Shown: in pieces, positions 1 to 14,606 of the stretch
Position numbering within the stretch: the stretch's first letter is position 1
How the letters are laid out: every line of letters begins with the position of its first letter
Assembly: GCF_009914755.1 (NCBI RefSeq)
Contig: NC_060927.1
Reading direction: 5' to 3' (one strand)
DNA: 64,000 bases
Source of the DNA: the human T2T-CHM13v2.0 reference genome, Homo sapiens
Notes under the pieces: generated by a model
The model's input: the letters and a program-made list of their open reading frames with translations, nothing else
The model's database searches: none
What the model was told of the DNA's origin: nothing
Program-made: the position numbers and the translations under genes

Positions 1-280
1 AAACTAGTTGATAAAGCTCATTAAATGTGTATTTTTCTGGTGCCGTCTCTTTAGACCAATAAGGATCTAAAGTTGTGTTCAGTGGTTAAGTTTTGTCCTC
101 CCTGATAGAGAAGAAGGAAGGGATATCTTTTGTCTTTCTAAACGTATGTCCTACTTGTAGGCCAATAAAGGGAGGGCAGAAAACGTTCCTGCATCTGTGT
201 CTTTTTAATTGCCTTTAGCTTAAAACAATACTTATGCCAAAGAGGCTTATTTTGGGGTGGCCTATTCTGGTATCCCAGAG
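1..280 (-). mobile_element. ERV1 LTR fragment (MER34/MER39-like), cut by window start
   Basis: Ends in the typical MER4-group motif 'cttaaaacaatacttatgccaaagaggcttattttggggtggcctattctgg'. Confidence 0.55.
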
Positions 281-309
281 TGGAAATGTTTTTTTACTAG
301 ACTTTGGTA

Positions 310-547
310 CCTGAGGTATTCTGGCTTTATAAGAGAAGTTGGGACAAGTTTCCTCCTTTATTTCCTGAAATAATTTGTTTAGTATTGATACTATTTTCTT
401 GTTATATGTTTGCTAGAGTTCATCTGTAAAGTCACATGGACCTAATGTTTAATTTGGGAATGTTCTTGAATTTTCTGGAATCATTTCAAATATCTCATTA
501 TTCTTCCTCCAATATCTTTAGAATATTTCTCCTTTTCTCTGGTATTG

Positions 548-599
<52 letters not shown>

Positions 600-745
600 G
601 TATTTTTGATCGATTCACCAAATTTATTAATCTACTTAAAGAACACATTTTTAATTTTTTATATTTCTCTGTTGTTTGTTTTGTATTACATTAATTTCTA
701 CTCTACTCTTACCTTTATATTTCTTCTCATGTGTTTTTATTATCA
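310..745 (-). mobile_element. Ancient L1M ORF2 fragment
   Basis: Degenerate antisense L1 ORF2-like text 'ggtattctggctttataagagaagttggga...gttcatctgtaaagtcacatggacct'. Confidence 0.5.
553..596. repeat. (TC)n microsatellite
   Basis: Directly visible. Confidence 0.95.
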
Positions 746-1109
746 TCCAGTTCAACATATAGATGCTCCTCAACTCTGGGTGGGGCTATGTCCTATAAAA
801 TGAAGTTTAGCCTAATGCTGCCTCCTTGTAAGTTGATCTAATAGTTACTTCATACGTTGTATCTAAACACTGCCCCTCTCCATATCATTTCCCCACCTTC
901 TCTTCCCACACACAAATTCTTTCCTGTAATTGGGGTGTTTCTTTCTGGAGCATAATTAAGGAAGAAGAAATAGAGGTGTGGTCTCCAATTAACTATTATG
1001 AGTTTTAGACCTAATTTGCTAATTAGGGTAATCCAAATATTTTACATTTTACTAATTTTAAGTTTTTTTGACAATGGGGGTCACAATAGTTACATCTTAC
1101 TAGTAGTAG

Positions 1110-1367
1110 TTTTTGATAGGGTCTGATTCTGCCAACCAGGCTGGAGTGCAGTGGCACAGTTATACCTCACTGTAGCCTTGACTTCCTGGGCTCAAATGAT
1201 CCTCTCCACTGAGCTGTCAGAGTAGCTAGGGCCACAAGCATGCACCATCACTCTTGGCTGATATATATATGTAGCCCAGGCTGGTATTGAACTCCTGGCC
1301 TGAAATGATCCTCCCATTTTGGACTCTCAAAGTGTTGGGATTACAATCGTGAGCCATACAGTTGGCC
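1110..1367 (-). mobile_element. AluJ-like SINE with degraded linker
   Basis: 'caggctggagtgcagtggc...gggctcaaatgatcct...caaagtgttgggattaca'; high divergence. Confidence 0.85.
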
Positions 1368-1454
1368 ATTTTTCTTTTTCCTTTTTATTATTATATGGTG
1401 GCTTCCTTATCATTAGATTTAGCATAGGGAAATGTTTTAATTCAATACTGCAAT

Positions 1455-1600
1455 TAACTTAAATACATTACTTAATGTCTCTATCTCAGTTTGGTTATAT
1501 TTAAATAGGGTGATTATACGGCCTTTAGTAAGGTTGAAAATTAAAAGAGCTAACAAAATGTTCAGAAAAGTTCTTGTCATGTGATAAGCACTAATATCTA
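1455..1600. mobile_element. MIR fragment
   Basis: MIR core-like 'cttaatgtctctatctcagttt...taagcactaata'. Confidence 0.5.
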
Positions 1601-3372
1601 TTAGGGTGTCAGATGTTAGCTGTCATTCTTTTATTGTCTGAGAATTTAGGCAGATAACTCCAAGGCCAAGAATAGTAAGATAGGTGAAAACATCCCCTCA
1701 TCCCAAAGTAAGGTGCCAACTCAACTATACAGGACGTGTTAGAAGTTTGGTCATTTCAGCTAGCTTTTGATCTTTACCAACCCTGAAATTATGAAAGGAA
1801 GAAAGTTGAAAAGCCCACTGGAAATTTCTTTATAGAGAGTTATCAGTGTGGCTTGGTAAATACACTTTACCCTTCTCTGCTCATTTTCTAACACTGGATG
1901 AACCTAAAATAGCAGTAATCAAGAGGAGAATAAATTAGAGCAAGAAAATAAAGATTAAAAAATCACTCCAAGTTTCCACATCAAAGATTATCTGACCTGA
2001 AATAAGTTAGAGTTGACAGAAGAAGCTTTAATTGAATGAAAGTTTGGAGGTTCATTTCAATTTAAAATTGAAATGAACATTCCACTAAGTGGCTGAAAAA
2101 CTGCATAAAAAGATTCAGGAGGCAGAAGAAAAGTCCACAAATAAATATTCAGGGAGAGTAGTTCAAAAGAAAGGGTAACTTTTCTTCACTTTTCACTGGT
2201 CCATTTGTCAATAAAGTGTCTGCTTGAGGGAGACTCACCAAAGATACTCTAAGAACCCAAACCCAACGTTAAAGATGTATCCCAGGCTCATCAAGGACTC
2301 CTAGAGAGAAAAATGGAACCATGAGCTGCTAGAGTAAAATTACTACTATGAGATAGTTGCAACCTGTTGAGAGTATTTATAAGTAGCAAACAGAAGAATG
2401 AGATTTACTTAAGGATAATTTGGGTTTACAGGGATAGAAGGGAACAAACGTAACAGAATGTTAAGTATGATTTTGTTGTCTCAGAGTTTGGTCAAAGACC
2501 TCAAAAGTCAAATATGCTCATATCTTACAAAAAGATGGTTGATTACCTTTAAAGACATCTAAACTATTGTTATACTCTGGCATATCACCCACCTGCGTGG
2601 TACAATAGAGAAGAAATTGAAGAGGCTTGTAGATGCACATGATTTCTTGGAGAGAGCTGTCAGTATGCTATGTGAGTTAACTCTCCTCCCTGGCTATGTT
2701 CCCTCTCACATGTATCTCAAAAAAAAGATTCTGAGAAAGTCATTCAGAGAGTTTTATGTTCCTTGAGTTTGAGAGACTAAAAAGTCTAAAGGCAAGTAGC
2801 TGGAGCTGGCTGAATTATCTTGATAGGCAGAGCAAGCAACTGAGCCTTCACTGGTATCCTTCTACTCTTTCACATTTGCCAAGTAAAGGTGGTATACCCA
2901 TTGTATAAGAAGAATGTGAGCATCTTGAGAAAACTTTCTGGATGGGGGAGGCAACCATAAAAAGGACAGTATATCTTCAGAAGACAGAAAGATAAGGAGG
3001 AAGTCTCAAGCAGCCAGCTGGAGGAGTCAGCTCCCATGAAAGAGACACATATGTAAGAGCTCCCTAGGAAATGAGGATCTTCAAAAAACCCATCAAGCAA
3101 AGTGTCCTACTGGAGAAAAAGACAGCAGCTGTGAATCTCTGGAACCGACATTCATAAGACAGACATACGATTGTACCCAGTTGTACCATTTACCACTGTT
3201 CATTACCAACTCCCCAAACATGGAAATGACCCTAAATAGCATCTAGCCAGTGGACAGTATAGAGAGCTAGAAAAAGAGAAGAAACTTATCATGCCTCCTC
3301 CCTATAGCAGGCTTTCCATTCTGAGATAGACTCAAACTTGGAAAATAGAGTAATGTAAAATCACAAGAAGTT

Positions 3373-3555
3373 AAAAAAAACAATTAGCTGCATGTGGTGG
3401 CATGCACCTATAGTCTTTGCTACTCAGGAAGCTGAGATAGGAGGATGGCTTGAGCCAGAAGGTTGAGACTGCAGTGAGGTATGATTGTGCCAATCCACTC
3501 CATGCAGCCTAGGTGACAGAGCAAGATCCTGTCCAAAAACAAAACAAAACAAAAC
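3373..3555 (+). mobile_element. 5'-truncated Alu (right arm, AluJ/FRAM-like)
   Basis: Right-arm sequence with (CAAAA)n tail; TSD 'acaagaagtt' on both sides. Confidence 0.85.
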
Positions 3556-3596
3556 AAGAAGTTTCAAAGTTTGGTTAAGATTTGGACTTGTATTAC

Positions 3597-5475
<1,879 letters not shown>

Positions 5476-5929
5476 TTATTGCCTGAAATTTTCTGAAAGA
5501 ACTATGGGTTCTGCCTAGGGATTTGTCTAAAGGTAAAGAGTCAATGAGTACAAAGGGTGGGTTTGCAAGGATAGTGGATAAGAAAAAAAAAAAAAAAAGT
5601 TATTTCCTGCCTGCTCTCAAGTCCAGACATGTATAAAGAGCCCTGTATGTTATGAAATATTGCAACATTTAGGGTCTACACCCACACATAGTATAGATCT
5701 GGGGCTCTCAGTGTCCCCGGAAATTACTTTTTTGTATTTAAGAAACTTTAAGCCAAGTACCCAAGCCAGTTTTCTTGGGAGGACGGAGCTTTGTAGATGT
5801 TGATTTCACACAGAAAGTTTATGCTTGTTGTTTAATAGTAAGCTTGTCCTAGCTAAGTTCATATTTGAAAATAAATGAGGTTTATTTAATGAGAATAAAT
5901 GAGGTTTATTTTCAAATATAAACTTAGGC

Positions 5930-6790
5930 GCACAGTCAATTTGCTCAAATGTGTCCCGTTAAAAAAGGATAGATTTTTATTCAACCTAGGCAAATAAATA
6001 TATTACCATGAAAATTAATGAGACTCAGTAAAAGTATGTATTTCTGAATTCTAAGGACATAGGGAGAATCAGATACCACTTAAAAACAAATCTCTAAGCC
6101 TTTCCCCAAAGAATACAATTTCTAAATACTAATATTAATACTTTAAAAAATAAACTTAACCTAGGAAATGTGACTATTTGATTTGACACTTCTTGTGTAG
6201 CTCTTACAACGATATTGAGCTAATTAAAACATAAGGAGTCTGCCAAGCCAACCTAGTTATTGCTAGAACCCATTTCCAGTTTAATAGATAAAATCAATCT
6301 TTGTGATTTTCTTGGTGTCCTTTGGGAAGACTCAAAGATAGTTTTAGCTGTGAGAGATAATATGAAATTTTTATTTTAGTTTAGTTTTAATTTAGGATCT
6401 GATCTTAGGAAGCTAAAAGCAAGAGTTGTCAAAAAGATTTGGTCATTTAATAAAGACAGGGTCACAGGAACCTGAGAAACTATACTTGTACACCTATTTA
6501 ATCAAAGTGATAAAATGTGTTAAAGTAAACATAGAAGAAAGGATTATTAGAAAGAATTCTCATCTTCCACAAAAGAGAAACCTGCCTTCTTTGTGTTTTT
6601 GTGTGTTGCTTTTGTTATCATTTAAAATAATCAAAAATGTGATAAAGCTAACACAAAGCAAGGAGAATTATTCTAGAGAGATCTGAAACGTCATGTCTTT
6701 CTAGACAAATTACACAAAAACAACTTTTTGTTACTATTCCATGTTGAAAACTCTAATACTAATTTGTTACTTTAATACAGGAAGCGTCAA
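5930..6790 (-). mobile_element. MER4-group ERV1 internal fragment
   Basis: 'gatttttattcaacctaggcaaataaatatattaccatgaaa' and 'ttgtcaaaaagatttggtc...cagggtcacagg' resemble MER4-group internal consensus from memory. Confidence 0.45.
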
Positions 6791-6802
6791 ATATAATTAT
6801 TT

Positions 6803-7103
6803 CACAATTTGCAATTGCAAAAACATGGAACCAGCCTAAATGCCCATCAACCAACGAATAGATAAAGAAAATGTGGTATGTGTATATAAGTGCGTGTGTG
6901 TGTGTGTGTGTGTGTGTGTACGTACCATGGAATACTGCTCAGCCATAAAAAGGAAAAAAATAATGGCATTTGCAGCAACCTGGATGGAGTTGGAGACCAT
7001 TAGTCTAAGTGAAGTAACTCAGGAATGGAAATCCAAATATTGAATGTTCTCACTTATAAGTGGGAGCTAAGCGATGCAGATGCCAAGGCATAAGAATATA
7101 AAA
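6803..7103 (+). mobile_element. Inverted copy of an L1PB 3' segment containing (TG)n
   Basis: About 94% identical (hand count) to the reverse complement of 7278-7558; both give near-identical 67-aa ORFs. Confidence 0.9.
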
Positions 7104-7138
7104 TAACTTATATATACAGCATAGAAATAGATGATAAT

Positions 7139-7459
7139 TTTTTTTAACATGGATAAGTTCTTTAGTGGTGATTTCTGAGATTTTGGTGCACCTGTCACCC
7201 AAGCGGTGTACACTGTACCCAAGGAGTAGCCTTTTATCCCTCACTTGCCTCCCACTCTTCCCTCCAAGACCCCAAAGTTTATATTATTCTTATGCCTTGG
7301 CATCCGCATAGCTTAGCTCCTACTTATAAGTGAGAACATTCAATATTTGGACTTCCATTCCTGAGTTACTTCACTTAGAATAATGGTCTCCAACTCCAAC
7401 TGGGTTGCTGCAAATGCCATTATTTTGTTCCTTTTTATGGCTGAGCAGTATTCCATGGT

Positions 7460-7493
<34 letters not shown>

Positions 7494-10400
7494 TTATATA
7501 TACACACCACATTTTCTTTATCTACTCGTTGGTTCATGGGCATTTAGGCTGGTTCCATCAGGAAGGAGATACATGTTTGATAATGATATTGTTCATTTAT
7601 TATCATACCAATATTATTAGAAAAGAGAAAAGAAAAGGAAGTCTTTTTTAGGGTACAGCACATAACTATTTCCTAAGTGTCTGATGGATGTTTTCCTTGA
7701 GGACAAGAATATTTAATAGACAGTGAGGACATTAACAAATCTCTAAGAGTCTTTTTCATATAATGACTTCTTTTCCTCTGGGTAGATACTCAGTAGTAGG
7801 GCTTCTGGATCAAATGGTAGTTCAACTTTTAGTTCTTTAAGGAATCTCCATATTGTTTTACTTAGTAGTTGTACTAGTTTACATTTCCACCAACAGTGTA
7901 TAAGTGTTCCTTTTTCACCATATCCATGCCAACATCTATTTTTTTTTTTAATTATGGCCATTCTTTCAGGAGGAAGGTGGTATCTCATTGAGGCTTTGAT
8001 TTGCATTCCCTGGATAATTACTGATGTTGAGTATTTTTTCGTATGTTTATTGACCATCTGTATATATTCTTTTGAGAACTGTCTATTCACGTCCTTTGAT
8101 CACTTTTGGATGAAATTATTTGTTTTTTTTTTTCCTGCTGATTTGTTTGAGTTCCTCATAGATTCTGGATATTAAAGCTTTGTGGGATGCATATTTTGCA
8201 AATATATTTTTTTGCATTCTGTGGGTTGTGTGTTTACTCTTCTGATTATTTCTTTTGCTGTGAATAAGCTTTTTAGTTAAATTAGGTCCAATCTGTTTTT
8301 CATTGTTTTTGTTGCATTTGCTTTTGGGTTCCTGGTCATGAATTCTTTGCCTAAGCAAACATCTAGAAGACTTTCTTCAACGTTATCTTCCAGAATTTTT
8401 GGGTTTCATTTCTTAGATGTAAGTCTTTGATCCATCTTGCATTGATTTTTTTATAAGGTGAAAGATGAGGATCCAGTTTCATTCTTCTACATGTGGCTTG
8501 CCAATTATCCCAGCACCATTTGTTGAATAGGATTTCTTTTCCCCACTTTTATGTTTTTGTTTGCTTTGTCAAAGATGAGTTAGCTGTAAATATTTGGCCT
8601 TGTTTCTGGATTCTCTATTCTGTTCCATTGGTTTACATGCTTATTTTTAAACTAGCACCATGCTCTTTTGGTAACTATAGCCTTATAGTATAGTTTGAAG
8701 TTGGGTAATGTGATGCCTCCAGATTTGCTCTTTTTGTTTATCTTGCTTTGGCTATGTGGGCTCTTTTTAGGTTTTATATGAATTTTAGGATTGTTTTCTC
8801 TAGTTCTGTGAAGAATGATTATGGTATTTTGATGGGAATTGCATTGAATCTGTATATTGCTTTTGGCAGTATGGTCATTTTCATAATATTGATTCTACCC
8901 ATCCATGAGCATAGGATGTGTTTCCATTTGTTGGTGTCATTGATGATTTCTTTCAGCAGTGTTTTGTAGTTTTACTTGTAGAGATCTTTCACATCATTTG
9001 TTAGATATATTCCTAAGTGTTTTTGTCTCGTTTTATTTTGATTTTTGCAGCTGTTGTAAAAGAGATTGAGTTCTTAATTTGATTCTCAGCTTGGTCATTG
9101 TTGGTGTATAGCAGTGCTACTGATTTGTGTACACTGATTTTGTATCCTGAAACTTTATAGAATTTATTCATCAGATCTAGGAGCTTTTTGAAAGAGTCTT
9201 TAGGGTTTTCTGGGTATAGGATCATATCGTTGTCAAACAGCAACAGTTTAACTCTCTCTTTACTGACTCGGGTGCCTTGTATTTCTTTGTCTTGTCTGAT
9301 TGCTCTGTCTACGATTTCTGGTACTATGTTAAATAGAAGAGGTGAAAGTAGGCATCCTTGTCTTGTTACAGTTCTCATGAGGAATGCTTTCCACTTTTCT
9401 CTGTTCAGTATAATGTTGGCTGTGGGTTTGTCATAGATAGCTTTTATTACCTTAAAGTATTTCCCTTCTATGCCAATTTTGCTGAGGATTTTAACCATAA
9501 AGCAATGCTGGATTTTGTCAAATGCTTTCTCTGCATCTATTGAGAAGATCATATGGTTTTTGTTTTTAATTCTGTTTATTTGATGTATCACATTCATTTA
9601 CTTGTGTTTGTTTAACCATCTCTGTTTGTAGCTTACCTGATGCTTTGCCTCACAGCTCTTAAGATTCTTTCCTTCATCTTGACTTTAGATATTTTGATGA
9701 CTGATGAATGTCTCAGGTGTTCTTTGAGCTTCTTGCATTGAGATGTTTAGATCTCTAGCAAGAACAGGGAAGTTTCCCTTGATTATTCCCTGAAATATGT
9801 TTTCCAAACTTAGATGTCTCTTCTTCCTCTGGAACAGCAATTATTCTTAGGTTTGGCCATTTAACATAATCCCAAATTTCTCTGAGGCTTTATTTGTTTT
9901 GATTACTTTTCTTTTTTCTTTTTCTGATTGGGTTTATTAAAAAGCTTTGTCTTCGAGCTCTGCAGTCCTTTCTTCTACTTGTTCTAGTCTATTGTTGAAA
10001 GTTTCCAGTGCATTTTGTATTTCTCCAAGTGTGTCTTTCCTTTCCAGAATTTGTGATTGTGTTTTCTTTATGATATTTATTTCTCTGGAGCATTTTATAA
10101 TCTATATCCTGGTTTTTTTTTAAATTTATTTTCATTGCTTTTCACCTTTCTCTGGTATCTCCTTGAGTAGCTTAATAATTAACCTTCTGAATTATTTAAC
10201 TGGCCATTCAGAGATTTATTCTTGATTTAGATCAATTGTTGGGGAGACGCTGTAATCTTTTTGGGTGTTATAGATCCCTGTTTTGTCATATTACCAGAAT
10301 TACTTTTCTGATTTCTTCTCATTTGAGTAAACTCTTTCACGGAAGAGGTCTGGAACTCAAGATCTGCCGTTCAGATTCTTTTGTCCCAAGGAGTGACTCC

Positions 10401-11942
10401 TTGATGTGCTATTCTCCTCCTTCCTTAGTGATATGGTTTGGTGCTGTGTCCCTACCTAAATTTCATCTCAAATTGTAATCCCCATGTGTCAATGGAGGGA
10501 CCTGGTGGGAGGTGATTGGATCATAAGGACAGTCTCCCCTATGTTGTTCTCATGATAGTTTGGGGGTTCTCATGAGATCTGATGGTTTAAAAGTGGCAGT
10601 TTCCACTGCATTCTCACTCTCTTCCACCACCATTTAAGACGTGCCTTGCTTTCCCTTCACCTTGTGCCATGGATTCCTGAGGCCTCCACAGCCATGTGGA
10701 ACTGTGAGTTAGTTAAACCTCTTGTCTTCATAAATTACCCCATCCTAGTTAGTATCCTTATACCAGTATGAAAACAGACTAATAACAGAAAATTGTTACC
10801 AGGAGTGGGGCATTGCTATAAAGAAAACCTGAAAATGTGGAAGCAACTTTGGAACTGGGTAACAGGCAGAAGTTGAAACAGTTTAAGGGTTCAGAAGAAG
10901 ACAGAAAAATTTAGGAACATTTGGAACTTCCTAGAGACTTGTTGAATGCTTTTGACCAAAATGCTGATGATAATGTGGACAATGAAGTCCAGCCTGAGGC
11001 GGTCTCAGATGAAGATGAGGAACTTACTGGGAAGTAGAGCAAAGGGTTAGGTGGGTCTGGGCTAAGACTCTTTTTAGGTAGGGTTTCTCATAGCCACCAT
11101 GGGGGTTGAGGTGGTGGTTCTCAGGACAATGGGGTTATGTTCCGGAGGGGATTATGGCTGCCTCTGCTGTGTCAAATAGTTCACCAGAGAAGTAGGGGAT
11201 AGCTGTAACAAAAAGCCTCACCCAGACCCTAGGCAGTTGGTGAGGCAGGTCTCGCTCCCACAGTGTCCCTCTCAGACCTTGCCTCAGGCTGTAAGCTTCC
11301 CCACTAAGAAAGCAAGCATGGCTTTCGGAACTTGCTCCTCTCCATCTTGCCACATTGTCATTAGTGGCTTCTGTGCTCATATCGGCAGCAGTTCCCATTC
11401 ACCCCCAAGATTCTGCTGAAGATCATTAGTGCCCAGTAAAAATTATTATAATTTTCAGTTGAAAGCTTCTTTCATTCTGTGGCCCCTCCCTAAAACCACT
11501 GGTTGTCTTGCCTCAAGGCCCTGTGAGATATAGTCAGGGATGGCTTTTCTGGGCTCAAGCTGGAGACCGAGAGTGCCTAAAAGGCTCTTCCCACTGCTGC
11601 TTCTACTTTTATATTTAATGTGGCTCCCTAAATCAGTTTCAGCTCTAGATAAGGTTAAATTCTTCTCCCGTGATCTGTGTTTTCAGATTCCCCAGGGATG
11701 TCTGTTTGGAGACAGGTTTTACCCCTCTCATACTTTGGGAACTCACACTATTTTGCCTGTTTCATGGAATTTGCAGTGGTGTGCTGCTTCTTTCAAAGGA
11801 TCTGTGAATTCTTTTGGTTTTCCTGGTATGTTTCTGTGATGGTTCTTGGAGCCAAAGTTCACAGTGTGAATCTCCACATACTGTTCTTTCCGTCCAAGTG
11901 GGAGCTGTATGTTAGCCCCATCTGCTATCTGCCATCTTTCTC
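7139..11942 (-). mobile_element. L1PB element with both ends, internally deleted and interrupted
   Basis: 3' end at 7139, ORF2 RT remnant (ORF 9013-9597), ORF2/ORF1 deletion junction near 9625, 5'UTR at 11046-11942. TSD agatgat(a/g)at at 7129-7138 and 11943-11952. Confidence 0.9.
10429..11045 (+). mobile_element. MaLR THE1/MSTA-type 5' LTR (10429-10787) plus truncated internal region
   Basis: Runs from 'tgatatggtttgg' to 'actaataaca', then internal start 'gaaaattgttaccaggagtggggcattgctataaag'. Confidence 0.9.
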
Positions 11943-12326
11943 AGATGATGATCTAGAAAAGTTTTAATGTTATCTTCTGTATCCTAAAGTTTTTCTGTGT
12001 CTCCTAATGTCACTTATTCCATTTTACATTTTTATTCTTCACATTCATTTTATTGATTTTTTCCCCAGTATCCAGTGTTCCTTGATTCTTTATTTACATT
12101 TATGGTTAAAATGTATTGACTTGTACACGGGACTTGCCATGTTTTTTATTGTGACATTAGGACCTCTCTCTTTAACAGAGCTCACTTTTGCAGAGGATGA
12201 CTGACTGTATGTTCTCTATAAGTGGGTCATACATTTTTGATAATCAGGGTTTTCTATAGAATGCATGGACAGCAAATGGGAAACTAAGTTGGTGGCTCCC
12301 AGCATTTCCAAAGTTAAGGGGAAGTC

Positions 12327-12855
12327 TGTGAAAAAAGGACCATGAGATCCGCAGAAAGAAAAAAAAGGAGAGCTTTATCTTCTTAAAAAAAAAAGGAAGA
12401 AAATAAAACAACTGCAGATTGGGGAGATGCAACCTGTGATGTAAAAGAAGAGCAGACAGGTGGTGGGGTGTTTTGAGAGTTAGTGATTATAGAGGCAATA
12501 ATAACAGGGGATGGGAGTCAGGGAAGTGAGAAACAGAAACAGAATCTTGATTGAATGACTGTGTAGCCCCAAATCACCTGTCACTCTTAACTGGTTGGTT
12601 CCAAGTGGTTGATGAGTTGGCACCAGGTAGTCTGTTGGTAGTCAGTGGGGGAATGTCCAGCTGCAGTCTATTTCAGTGCTGACAAGAGGAGCTGGTTTGG
12701 CTTGATGGTAGGAAAAAAAAAGTTCTGTGACACTTTTACAATAACTTTCTGAGAACACAGAGAATGCTCCCTGACCCAGCCATGGATACCTGATTCTATT
12801 TTAACTTTGAGCACCTCAGTTAGTCACAGAGAGTCCATTCTGCCTGAAAGGGGCA
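12327..12855 (-). mobile_element. ERV1-class solo LTR (family uncertain)
   Basis: TG...CA ends; MER4-group-like 'ttttaactttgagcacctcagttagtcacagagagtccattctg'. Confidence 0.55.
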
Positions 12856-12869
12856 TAGGTTAATGGCCC

Positions 12870-13610
12870 TGAATCTACCTTTACAAAATTATGACACTCA
12901 GAGAAATCTGACATAGTTCACTTAATCTTGCTTCTGATTTCCAAGCTGTTCTTGTTCTTTCCTGGGCGTAGGCCAAAGTAACTTGGAGGCAAATTTAGTT
13001 TCTGGTTTAACTTAAAAGCAAGGATGATAAGAGTCCCTCTCTAAAACTAACCTCCTCTTTGCTTAGGAACCAAAAACCACGTATGTAAGACTAACAGAAG
13101 GCCACAAGAATAGGCCTATGGGTGGGGCATGAATTCTGCTAGGATGTAGGTGCAACTTCTATAGTTTTAATGCTCAGGAGTCATATGACCAGATATCACA
13201 AGATTTGTGACTTCCCCAATTGCTCCTATAGATAACATCACTATTACAAAACCTGAGATTGGTCTTTTTTGAGATGTTTTTCAGACTCACCAATCCAGAA
13301 TTGTAACTCATAACTCAATTGGTTCTATGGGCTGCAGCGGCAGACCCAGTGCAAGAGGACTATTTTCCACACCTCTAAATTTTATCCGCTACCAATCAGG
13401 AGTACCCATTCCTTAGCACCCTGTCCACCAAATTATTTATAAAATCCCTAACCTCTGAGCCTTCAGAGAGACTGATTTGAATGATAAGTTCAGTAATCCA
13501 AAATGAGCCAGCCTCACATTGATTTGACTCTTTCTCTGCTGCAATGCTGCCATCTCAGTGGACTAATTTTGTCTGTGCAGAAGGCAGGAAGAACCTATCA
13601 AGTGATGATA
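12870..13610 (+). mobile_element. LTR8A/B-like solo LTR
   Basis: Starts 'tgaatctacctttacaaaattatgac'; 4-bp TSD gccc. Confidence 0.8.
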
Positions 13611-13786
13611 GCCCCTATAACAAAAGACGGATTAACAAGAGAAAAGTATACACATATATTTAATATAAGTTTTACATGAAAGGAGAGCCTTCATAAAGAA
13701 ATGAAGACACCCAAAGAAACAGTTAAACCCGAGTATTTTTCATATATCTCACAGTCATGAGATATATGATAGGACAAAAGGCCTTA

Positions 13787-14575
13787 TGTCATAAAAGGAC
13801 AGATATATCTTTTCCTCCCATCTCAGGTTCATGGCTATGGTCCCTACAACAAAAGACAAATTAACAAGAGAAAAACAACATACATTGTTTTTTTTCTCTT
13901 TTTTAGATAGGATCTGGCTCTGTCACCCAGGATGGAGTGCAATGGTGTCATCTTGGCTCACTGCAACATCTGCCTCCCTGGGCTCAAGCCATCCTCTCAT
14001 CTTGGCCTGCCTGGTAGCTTGAACTCCTGAGCTCAAGTAATCCACTTGCCTTGGCCTCCCAAGGTGCTGGGATTGCAGGTATCAGCCACTGTGCCCAGAC
14101 TTGAAGACATACAAATTTATTAAATGTAAATTTTATGTGATATAGGAGCCTTAATAAAGAAATAAAGACCCAAAGAAACAGGTAAATGTATATTTTTATA
14201 CTTAGTTTGATGAAGAGTGAACAGTCATGGAGAAATATGATTGGAAAACACAAGTGTACAATCTCATGGCAATAAACTGGGGGGAATTTAGCAAGGCCTG
14301 TTTGTTCAGATTTTTCTTTATGTTTCTGTGTCTTCAGGGATATGAACATTCTTGTTCCTTTCCTCCAGGAATAGCGAGGACATTTCTCTCATGAAGGTCT
14401 TAATAGCCTGCCAGGGGAGAAAAGTGGTAGAAGGTCAAAAACTAAACTTTCTGGGTTTTATTACTTGCTTTAGGAGAGAAGGGCAAGAGGAAGTTGAGAG
14501 TGACTTTTCTGCTTCTGCTGTTTCCTCAAATGCCAAGTTCCCATATTTTGGAGTAGTGTTTCCTAAACTTTATCA
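13787..14575 (-). mobile_element. MER39-like LTR (inner), containing an Alu
   Basis: TG...CA ends; direct homology to the outer copy ('caaaagac..attaacaagagaaaa', 'agacccaaagaaacag'). Confidence 0.75.
13886..14100 (-). mobile_element. AluJ with internal deletion
   Basis: Arms fused at 'ggtagct|tgaactcctg'; probable TSD 'acataca'. Confidence 0.85.
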
Positions 14576-14606
14576 ATCAAATGTTAATAACTTGGGGGAA
14601 ACTCAG

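Noticed and set aside
9600-9650. L1 ORF1-ORF2 deletion junction tested as a splice product
   Set aside because: The nearby donor-like caggtaag is retained and the breakpoint does not coincide with it.
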